NCBI GenBank assembly: GCA_016840085.1
Contig: JAEOTA010000024.1
Coordinates: forward strand, 1-26,341
Length of the DNA: 26,341 bases
From: Promethearchaeota archaeon
GTDB lineage: Archaea; Asgardarchaeota; Lokiarchaeia; Sigyniarchaeales; SOKP01
Direction: 5' to 3'
The number at the start of each line of letters is the position of its first letter. Positions within the stretch are counted from its first letter, which is position 1. A program made the translations under genes and the position numbers. This document shows, piece after piece, positions 18,506-26,019 of this stretch. The notes beneath the pieces were generated by a model. It made no database searches. It worked only from the letters and a program-made list of their open reading frames with translations, and was not told where the DNA came from.

Positions 18506-18733
18506 TTATGCTTTCTTGATTTTCAAGTAAAAATTTTCTCCTTCAATCTTGAAATCTAATATTTCATCTCCATGTTTATTTACGTAACGTTTAATATTTT
18601 CTCCTGCTTCCCCATAATCACCAGTTACTTCAAGTATATCTCCACTTTTCATTTCAAGCAGTTGTCTTTTGGTTTTTGCTACTGGCATTGGACATACAAG
18701 TCCAGAACAATCTAATTTGCGAGATTCTACCAT
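18506..18733 (-). CDS. tusA: TusA/SirA family sulfur carrier protein
   Basis: LDCSGLVCPMP (CPxP motif), GDILEV. AAGGTGA SD upstream. Confidence 0.92.
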   Translation of the reverse strand: MVESRKLDCSGLVCPMPVAKTKRQLLEMKSGDILEVTGDYGEAGENIKRYVNKHGDEILDFKIEGENFYLKIKKA

Positions 18734-18749
18734 AATTTATATCACCTTT

Positions 18750-19109
18750 TTAACTAAATAAAACATTATCAGCTTCCTCACACATTGCAACAAATCCATT
18801 CATGGTTGTTCTTTCTATTCCATCCATTAATTCATCCTCAGAGAGTCCGCGTGCTTTCATACATACACCACAAGCTTTTACATTTGCCCCCTCAACAATA
18901 ACATCTTTCATCCATTTTCCTATATTATCGTAAGTAGTTGGATCTTGATTTTTCTTTCCTACAAAAATTCCATCTTCAACCAAGAATATATTAATTTTAT
19001 TGTCTTCTAACAATGCTGTATATGCAAATCTTAACATGGTGTATGGACGTTCAGCAGTGTAGCCCCCATCTCCAATTACTATAGTGAATGTCTTCTTTTT
19101 TTCAGCCAT
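18750..19109 (-). CDS. DsrE/DsrF-like sulfur relay protein
   Basis: IFLVEDGIF, ACGVCMKARG, and C-terminal EADNVLFS typical of the DsrE family. Sits directly upstream of tusA on the same strand. Confidence 0.88.
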   Translation of the reverse strand: MAEKKKTFTIVIGDGGYTAERPYTMLRFAYTALLEDNKINIFLVEDGIFVGKKNQDPTTYDNIGKWMKDVIVEGANVKACGVCMKARGLSEDELMDGIERTTMNGFVAMCEEADNVLFS

Positions 19110-19200
19110 TTCTACTTTTCCTCTTTTCTTTTGTGATTTAGAATCAGATTTTAATGTGTAATTTCATAAAAACTAGAATATTTATTAATTTTTTCGTAAT

Positions 19201-19217
19201 GATTTATTAAAGAAATC
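19201..19217. promoter_or_regulatory. candidate LysR binding site (dyad containing T-N11-A)
   Basis: GATTT-attaaag-AAATC in the divergent dsrE/lysR intergenic region, with T19203-N11-A19215. Confidence 0.35.
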
Positions 19218-19291
19218 GATAAATAAAAAAAGAGTAATTACTTTACATTTATAAATGAAATATTAGAATTATTAAGAGGATTTTATAAAAG

Positions 19292-20233
19292 ATGAATATC
19301 GAATATTTAAGAAACTTTATTAAATTAACTCAATATAAAAGTTTTTCGAATTTAGCGAAAGAACTCCCTATTTCTCAAAGCACATTATCACATCAAATAT
19401 CTCAATTAGAGAAAGATTTTGGTGATATTACACTAATTAATAGAACCACAAAAAAATTTGAACTAACTAAAGCAGGAAAAATGTTACTTAAATATGCCGA
19501 ACAGATAATAAATATATGGGATAGAGTCAAACTAGATATCTCGCAATTAAAAGATCAAATAATTGAAGATATTATAATAAGTGCCTCAACAATTCCAGGA
19601 TCTCATATTTTACCTCGTCATATTGCTGAATTTAGTAATAAAAATTCAAATGTAAATTTTAAAATATTGATTAATAACTCTCTAAAGTCTATTGAATTTA
19701 TTAAAAATGGGATGGCAGATTTCGCTGGTATTGGTAGTTTTATGAATTATAATGAAAAAGATTTTGAATATATCAAAATAGGAGAAGAAAAATTAAAATT
19801 CATATGTTCTCCTAATCATAAATTACTAAAAGAAGGAGCTAATGTAAAATTTGAAGATCTTCTTAGATTCCCTTTCGTGTGGAGAGAAAAAGGTTCAGGA
19901 ATGAGAAATACATTTAAACAACAGTTCCCAAAATATAAGGACTTAAACATTGAACTAGAAATAAATGATAATGATTCTATTATTTCAACTGTGAGTGAAT
20001 CTAACTACATTAGTATAATGAGCGAAATTATGGCTGATAAAGCAGAATCAGCAGGTTTAATAAAATCTCTTAATATTAGTGATTATCCCGTTATAGCTAA
20101 AAGACCCCTATATTTTGTTAAACTAAAGAATAAGCAATTAAGTGGTTCCAAAAATAAATTTTGGATTGAAATTGAGATAAAAGTAAAAAATAAAAAAATC
20201 CATAAAAAAGTTATATCCAAATTATTTTATTAG
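19292..20233 (+). CDS. LysR-type transcriptional regulator (CysL-like substrate-binding domain)
   Basis: HTH SFSNLAKELPISQSTLSHQISQLE...RTT....LT.AG, ASTIPG..ILP, REKGSGMR. Confidence 0.92.
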   Translation: MNIEYLRNFIKLTQYKSFSNLAKELPISQSTLSHQISQLEKDFGDITLINRTTKKFELTKAGKMLLKYAEQIINIWDRVKLDISQLKDQIIEDIIISASTIPGSHILPRHIAEFSNKNSNVNFKILINNSLKSIEFIKNGMADFAGIGSFMNYNEKDFEYIKIGEEKLKFICSPNHKLLKEGANVKFEDLLRFPFVWREKGSGMRNTFKQQFPKYKDLNIELEINDNDSIISTVSESNYISIMSEIMADKAESAGLIKSLNISDYPVIAKRPLYFVKLKNKQLSGSKNKFWIEIEIKVKNKKIHKKVISKLFY

Positions 20234-20367
20234 AACACCTGCTTGATCGAAATTTAGAAATGTACTAATTTTTTCTTTAAGTGGATTAGTTCATATAAGA
20301 ACTCGAATGAACATCTTAAAAAGATCAAATATAGGGTTATTTATATCTTAAAGTTGTCTTAAAACTA

Positions 20368-21522
20368 TTAATCAGTACCTTGTTCATTTTGCTCAATCAA
20401 TTTATCAATTAAAGCTATTCTTAATTCTGAGAAACCTTTTATAAATTGTTCTGTCAATTGATATGCTTCATCGTCGGTATATTGTATTGGTGGATGTTTC
20501 ATAAAGTATGAAGAGGGCTCATATAAAACACCACCTTGGTTTCTCTCTATAGCTAGCTTTAAACATCTTATAGCATCAATAACGACTCCCGCAGAATTAG
20601 GAGAATCTTCTACTGAAAGGCGTAATTCGAGATTTACAGGAATGTCGCCAAATATTTTTCCCTCCATTCTAATAAAACATACCTTATTATCTTTCTGCCA
20701 AGGAACCCAATCACTTGGACCAATATGTATATTTTCATTTTTCAATCTAATTGCTGTTTGCGATTGAACAGCTTCCGTTTTTGATTGTTTTTTCGAAATG
20801 AGTCTACGCCTATCAAGCATATTCAAGAAATCTGTATTACCCCCTGTATTAAGTTGATATGTACGCATAAGTTTTACACCTCTATTTTTGAAAAGATTTG
20901 TTAAGACTCTGTGTACTATTGTCGCCCCTATTTGAGACTTAATATCATCACCTATTATTGCTATGTTATCCCTTTTAAATTTCTGAGCCCATATTGGATT
21001 ACTTGCAATAAAAACAGGCATACAATTTAGGAAACCTACTTTTGCTTTTAACGCACATTCAGCATAAAATTTTACCGCTTTTTCAGAACCTACTGGAAGA
21101 AAATTTATAAGCATATCTGCTTTTGAAGATTTGAGTTCTTGTATAATTTCTTCTTGTGTTGACTCTTTTTGATAAGATAAAATAAATGTATGATCTTCAT
21201 CATAGTAGTTCATATGATCTGCGAAACTATCTAAAATTTTTCCCATTTTAACAATAACTCCAGTTTTAGGAATTTGCTTACAAAATATTTTTGTGCAATT
21301 AGGTGGTTGAAAAATAGCCTTTGATACATCTTTTCCAACTTTCCTTCGGTCAATATCAAAGGCTGCTACAACTTTAATATCTCCTGGTTTTTTTCCACCA
21401 ATATCCCAATGCATTAAGCCAATAGCATCCTTTTTTGCTTTTTTTTTATAATAGTGGATTCCTTGAATTAAAGAACAAGCACAATTACCAACTCCAGCAA
21501 TTGCAATTTTTATTTTACTAAT
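20368..21522 (-). CDS. ino1: myo-inositol-1-phosphate synthase (start extended to a non-canonical ATT)
   Basis: FLPVGS, GDDIKSQIGAT, QLNTGGNTDFLNM, SKKQSKT, DSPNSAG. The NAD-binding N-terminus SKIKIAIAGVGNCACSLIQG is in frame upstream of the track's start (21414), up to a TGA at 21531-21529. Confidence 0.93.
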   Translation of the reverse strand: MSKIKIAIAGVGNCACSLIQGIHYYKKKAKKDAIGLMHWDIGGKKPGDIKVVAAFDIDRRKVGKDVSKAIFQPPNCTKIFCKQIPKTGVIVKMGKILDSFADHMNYYDEDHTFILSYQKESTQEEIIQELKSSKADMLINFLPVGSEKAVKFYAECALKAKVGFLNCMPVFIASNPIWAQKFKRDNIAIIGDDIKSQIGATIVHRVLTNLFKNRGVKLMRTYQLNTGGNTDFLNMLDRRRLISKKQSKTEAVQSQTAIRLKNENIHIGPSDWVPWQKDNKVCFIRMEGKIFGDIPVNLELRLSVEDSPNSAGVVIDAIRCLKLAIERNQGGVLYEPSSYFMKHPPIQYTDDEAYQLTEQFIKGFSELRIALIDKLIEQNEQGTD

Positions 21523-22882
21523 AATTATTCACCTCTGTAGTTTTTGAACTAAAATATTTTAATTTTATATCATCTACCTTTTTCATATGTCTAATTGCTT
21601 GAATAGAATAAATTATACTCGTGATAATAGCATGAACACAAATTGAAAAAATAGCATATTCAAAATGACCTAAAATACCAAAAATTAAGATATGCAAAGT
21701 ATAGATATTTCTTCTTCCATCAAATTTTCGAAAGATTTGATCAAATCGACTACTATCAGCTAAAGTAATCCCCATTACTTCTTTATATTGCATGGAACAA
21801 TGTCGATTAAAAGAATCCATTAAAATCATTATAATTAAAATAAAAATAACATATACAGAATCAATTATAAAATACGCTCCAAGCCCTATTCCCACATAAA
21901 TCGCTTGCTCATATAACTGATCAAATGAGTGTTCCATGTGTCCTGCTTTGCTCTCTTTCATTCTTAAACGAGCAAGTTTACCATCTACACCATCTAAAAT
22001 ATTAATGAGGATTAATAAAATAAGACCGATCCACCAATAATGTACTAAAAATAAGAATAATACAAAGAATCCGAAGATATTTACCACAAAAGTAACGTGA
22101 TTAGCAGTAATTTTAGAATCAGCTAATACATACACAAAAAAATTTTCAAAATATCTATTAAAGTACCAAGCAATAAAATCCAGAGTTCCTTTTTGGGTAT
22201 CTTTTACAAGCAATTTTTTTACTGATTTAAAATCGTTGAAATGTTGAAATACATAAGCAGATATCGGTACATTTCTTCTCATATCTGATTTATAGGTCGT
22301 GATTTCATCTGTAGAATGATAAGAGCTTTTATTAAAGGAAGAGGAATTTATGAAATCTTTAAAAGAAGATGATGAATTTGGTTGAGGAAATACATTCTTA
22401 CCATTAAATTTTATCTTACCAGCTAAATATTTCAATTGGTTATTATTTCTGTTTATCTTAATGTTTTTTCCTGGTATAAAAATTATATCTTCCTCTGAAT
22501 TTAATAAAGATGAGATTATTCTCTCGTCAATTAGAATTCCCCCGTTTAAAAAAATCCCATAATCAATTTCTTTATTTGATCTTTTTTCTTGATTCAAATA
22601 ATCCTTAATCATATCTAGCGATCTGATTTTTTGTATCCGATTATTTTTTTCCACTTCGCTAACATTTAAATCTTCTGTACTATTAGTTAAAATAAAAATA
22701 TTTCTAATCCCATTTTTAATAAAAATACGGATATTTCTTTCTATAATAGATAATCCACATAATTTTTTTAAATAGAAAGGTTGTTTTTTAATAAGAAATG
22801 GATCATCAGGGAGAAATATTATTCCTATAGAATTAATTGAACTTTGGTTAACTGATTTAAGTTGATTAATCTTATGTAACAT
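21518..22882 (-). CDS. CDP-alcohol phosphotransferase (DIPPS-like) with a degenerate N-terminal nucleotidyltransferase-like domain
   Basis: ITANHVT, LDGVDGKLAR...GHMEHSFD, multiple TM segments. N-terminal KKLCGLSIIERNI..F.KNGI lacks the LAAG.G.R loop. ATG at 22882 lies just after the upstream gene's stop (the track starts it at TTG 22924). Confidence 0.85.
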   Translation of the reverse strand: MLHKINQLKSVNQSSINSIGIIFLPDDPFLIKKQPFYLKKLCGLSIIERNIRIFIKNGIRNIFILTNSTEDLNVSEVEKNNRIQKIRSLDMIKDYLNQEKRSNKEIDYGIFLNGGILIDERIISSLLNSEEDIIFIPGKNIKINRNNNQLKYLAGKIKFNGKNVFPQPNSSSSFKDFINSSSFNKSSYHSTDEITTYKSDMRRNVPISAYVFQHFNDFKSVKKLLVKDTQKGTLDFIAWYFNRYFENFFVYVLADSKITANHVTFVVNIFGFFVLFLFLVHYWWIGLILLILINILDGVDGKLARLRMKESKAGHMEHSFDQLYEQAIYVGIGLGAYFIIDSVYVIFILIIMILMDSFNRHCSMQYKEVMGITLADSSRFDQIFRKFDGRRNIYTLHILIFGILGHFEYAIFSICVHAIITSIIYSIQAIRHMKKVDDIKLKYFSSKTTEVNNY

Positions 22883-22892
22883 TATCTTAATC

Positions 22893-23723
22893 CTAGGTTT
22901 TTTTTTCTTTATTTGAATAAGCAATGTACTTAGGGGGGATTAAACCAAAAGGATAAAAGTTAGATTTATTATTAAAAAGTCTTGTTAATTGATGGTATAT
23001 TTTATAATCATCAATGTCTAACCATATGGTATTTGGAAAATCATAATATCCAACGTTTAAATCTGAATTAAGAATTGATAGAACAATGTTTGTAACACCA
23101 AATTTATATAAATTTGACTTGACTCTCTGGCAGATTTTTTTAATATTTTTCGATTTTAATATGAATACACCCATATCTAAACGATTATAATAAGATAAAT
23201 CCTTTCCTATATCGATGATAAAAGAATTTTTTCCATATACTTTAGTTGCATCCTCTATGTCGTAATACCCATTGCTGTGCATTGGATCCGTAGCTAAAAG
23301 AATATCATTTCCTTTATAGTTCTTTACCAATTGAGAAAATACATTTTTTGAAAAAATATGATCTGCCATCGATAATAAAACATATTTAGAAAAAATTGTA
23401 TTAAGACCTAAAAAAAGGCTATAACCATTTTCTCTATCTGGAATTTTATTTTCAATAATATCTAATTCAATATTATGTATATTTATCAATGATGGAACTA
23501 CAGATTTTAAAATCCTTTTTTTGTATTTTACTTTATTAAAAATTTCACTAGCAACAATCTTTATTTTTCTGATTCCTGCTTTAATCATTCCAGCAATAAT
23601 ATACCCTAAAATATTAGAACTATTTAACTTTAAAAAGTACTTTTTAAATTGATCATCTTCAAAATTAAACCTACTAGAATAACCTGCTGCTAAAATTAAA
23701 CCTTCTATTTTATTCCTATCTAT
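22893..23723 (-). CDS. CTP:inositol-1-phosphate cytidylyltransferase-like nucleotidyltransferase (start extended; ATA start or frameshift)
   Basis: GLILAAGYSSRF lies in frame upstream of the track's start. ENGYSL, MADH, EDATKV, DMGVF and WLDID resemble IPCT domains. Located in an operon with ino1. Confidence 0.82.
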   Translation of the reverse strand: MDRNKIEGLILAAGYSSRFNFEDDQFKKYFLKLNSSNILGYIIAGMIKAGIRKIKIVASEIFNKVKYKKRILKSVVPSLINIHNIELDIIENKIPDRENGYSLFLGLNTIFSKYVLLSMADHIFSKNVFSQLVKNYKGNDILLATDPMHSNGYYDIEDATKVYGKNSFIIDIGKDLSYYNRLDMGVFILKSKNIKKICQRVKSNLYKFGVTNIVLSILNSDLNVGYYDFPNTIWLDIDDYKIYHQLTRLFNNKSNFYPFGLIPPKYIAYSNKEKKT

Positions 23724-24109
23724 TATTATAATCCACTTTTTTCATTCGTATATTTAAATATCTTTTAGGGGAAATGATTTAGATAACTAAGATATCAGAA
23801 ATTTATTCGTTAAGCAATATTTTTTTTGTCATAATTAGTCGGATATATCCGAAAAAATTCAATTTTTTCATTTCTAAATATCTCGAGAAATATTTTTTGA
23901 ATTTCTTTCAGTTCTAAATCTTTTTTATATCGAAATATAAAATTATTGACCTTTATAAAAGGTTTAGCTTTTTATTAAAAAGATAAATAACTTATTAATT
24001 AAATAAAAAGTTATTTTAATAATTTTTTTTGTAAATACTTTTTTTTTTGAAGAAAGGAGCTGTAACTTTAAAAAATCCAACTAAAATCATTGAAATTTAG
24101 AATGAAATA

Positions 24110-24337
24110 CAATCTAAAATGTAAAAAATAATATCACCATAATTATTATAATTCAAAAAGCAAAGATGAATTTAAGAAAATTCTTTTTAACAAGAGGGAG
24201 TAATTCTTATTATATTAACTGATGAGCAAGACCCAATTAATTTTGAGCAAATTATCGCAAAACAATTTAAAGAACAAACTGGTATTACAATTCAACACCA
24301 ATATCAGGAAAAGTTAGATACTTTTATAAAAGGGTAA
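24110..24337 (+). pseudogene. possible degraded gene fragment
   Basis: Protein-like reads NYYNSKSKDEFKKILF and, in another frame, QEGVILIILTDEQDPINFEQIIAKQFKEQTGITIQHQYQEKLDTFIKG*. No start codon, and stops upstream. Confidence 0.35.
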
Positions 24338-24405
24338 AATAGAATATTTTGCAAATAAAAAAAAAAAATATAATAGAATAGCTTATTTTCAAAATCGCAC
24401 ATTAC

Positions 24406-25833
24406 TTATTTTTGAATTATACCCGCTTGATCAAAGTTTAGAAATGCACTTATTTTTTGTTTTAATGGAAATACTCCCTCTTTCAATAGAGTTACCAAAA
24501 AAATAGCAAAAAATACAATTGAGCCTAAACCAGGCGCGAATCCGCTTAATAGATCTGTGAATGATGAAGAGGGATCAAGAGATAATAATGTATACACTAA
24601 TGAAACTCCTGCAATTATAATAGATATAAAAGAAATTATTGCTGCTGTCCTTTTACTGAGGTTAAAATGTATCGGTCCTAGTTCAAGACGGAAATATTTT
24701 GGTTGTACAATTATAGATAAGATTGTATGACTGATGATTTTTTCTTCAAATTCGATATATACATTTAAAAATCTTCTCTCACTTTCTTTTTTCTTCTTTT
24801 TCTCTTTCTTCGACTTTAGTGGCATGATTGAGAAAATCATAACAGGTGGATTCACAGCATCTTTTTTCACTTCAACTTTCCCAAATATCGGATGTACTTC
24901 AAAACCTTCCCCTTCAATTTTTAAATCTAAAACTGGAGGTTCTGCTTTTGTAGTTACTATTTTAATTGTGGTTTCATAAACGGTTTTCCCTTCTTCATCA
25001 ACAATTTTCAATTCTTTATGTGAAAAATAAACATAAAACAAATAACTCCTCTGCTCCATCATTACAGAATAATATTGAAGTCCCATATTAATCTCATATA
25101 CACTTACTTGAGGTTCTTCCTCTGGAGCAATTATAGACGGTGCAGGTTCCGGGACAGAGGGGGCTTTTAGTTCCGCTAATATATCAGAAGGAGGTGGAGG
25201 TGGAGGAGCTTCTGTAGTTGTGGATTCAGCTTTTGGAGCCTCACTAGGTGGAGGTGGAGCCTTTCTTGCTGGAGCTACACCACCTGCGGGAGGTGCTGAG
25301 GGAAGAGTTTTAGATCTTTTTTTTGCTTTCATAAGTTCCTTTTCTCTTACTACTTCTTGTTTTTCCATTTCATCTCTTTTTACTACTTTTTCATCTTTAT
25401 ATTTCATTGCCCCAAATTCAGCATCGTCAACTGCAGAAGTTAATCTTGCCCTATCTTCATCAAAGATTTCCTCTTCTTCAACTTCAAATAAATCTTCTAT
25501 TTCTTCTTCCTCAAACTTACGTTTATCAGCAATTTTTTTTTCTTCTTTTTCTATTTTCTTTATCTCTACTAATTTTAAATGTTTAAGTTTATCAGTTTCA
25601 GAGATTCTGATGTTAGTATAGAAATCGACGAAACAAATATCATTGCGGTTAATTTGAATTTCACCTAAAGAGGCATAGATGTCATCTAAAATTTTGCTAA
25701 TCCTTGTAGATTTTTTATAAATCCCTACAAACATGAATTCTAAGATTTCAACGGATAAAACGTTAGTTTTTTTATTATAGGAAATCTTGTTTGTTGGAAT
25801 TTCAAGACTCGAAATATTACTTAAATATTCCAT
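24406..25833 (-). CDS. hypothetical membrane-anchored protein with acidic/charged region, polyproline linker, beta-rich domain and two C-terminal TM helices
   Basis: EEEEIEDLFEVEEEEIFDED, APPPPSE...APPPPPPSDILAELK, two hydrophobic C-terminal helices. AAGGT SD upstream and a T-tract downstream (A-run 24357-24368). Confidence 0.8.
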   Translation of the reverse strand: MEYLSNISSLEIPTNKISYNKKTNVLSVEILEFMFVGIYKKSTRISKILDDIYASLGEIQINRNDICFVDFYTNIRISETDKLKHLKLVEIKKIEKEEKKIADKRKFEEEEIEDLFEVEEEEIFDEDRARLTSAVDDAEFGAMKYKDEKVVKRDEMEKQEVVREKELMKAKKRSKTLPSAPPAGGVAPARKAPPPPSEAPKAESTTTEAPPPPPPSDILAELKAPSVPEPAPSIIAPEEEPQVSVYEINMGLQYYSVMMEQRSYLFYVYFSHKELKIVDEEGKTVYETTIKIVTTKAEPPVLDLKIEGEGFEVHPIFGKVEVKKDAVNPPVMIFSIMPLKSKKEKKKKKESERRFLNVYIEFEEKIISHTILSIIVQPKYFRLELGPIHFNLSKRTAAIISFISIIIAGVSLVYTLLSLDPSSSFTDLLSGFAPGLGSIVFFAIFLVTLLKEGVFPLKQKISAFLNFDQAGIIQK

Positions 25834-26019
25834 AGTACTTACCTTTTTACTTACTCTTGTTTTAATTCTTTTTTAATTTTTTATATAACTTACTATAAGT
25901 TTTTATTATGAAATTATAACTAATGAGTATTTTTAATTTCCCTTCATTTTTAATGTTCTTGTATTAAATATAAATCTTCAGTCTCTTTTCTTTTAAATCT
26001 GATATTCTCCTTTAATATT

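Noticed and set aside
18506-19109. Possible selenocysteine recoding in tusA/dsrE
   Set aside because: Catalytic positions are Cys codons. No in-frame TGA read-through candidate or convincing SECIS was seen.
24734-25621. Plus-strand ORFs 24734..24979 and 25220..25621 (Ser/Phe/Gly-rich)
   Set aside because: Antisense to the Glu/Lys/Pro-rich 475-aa gene. Their composition mirrors its codons.
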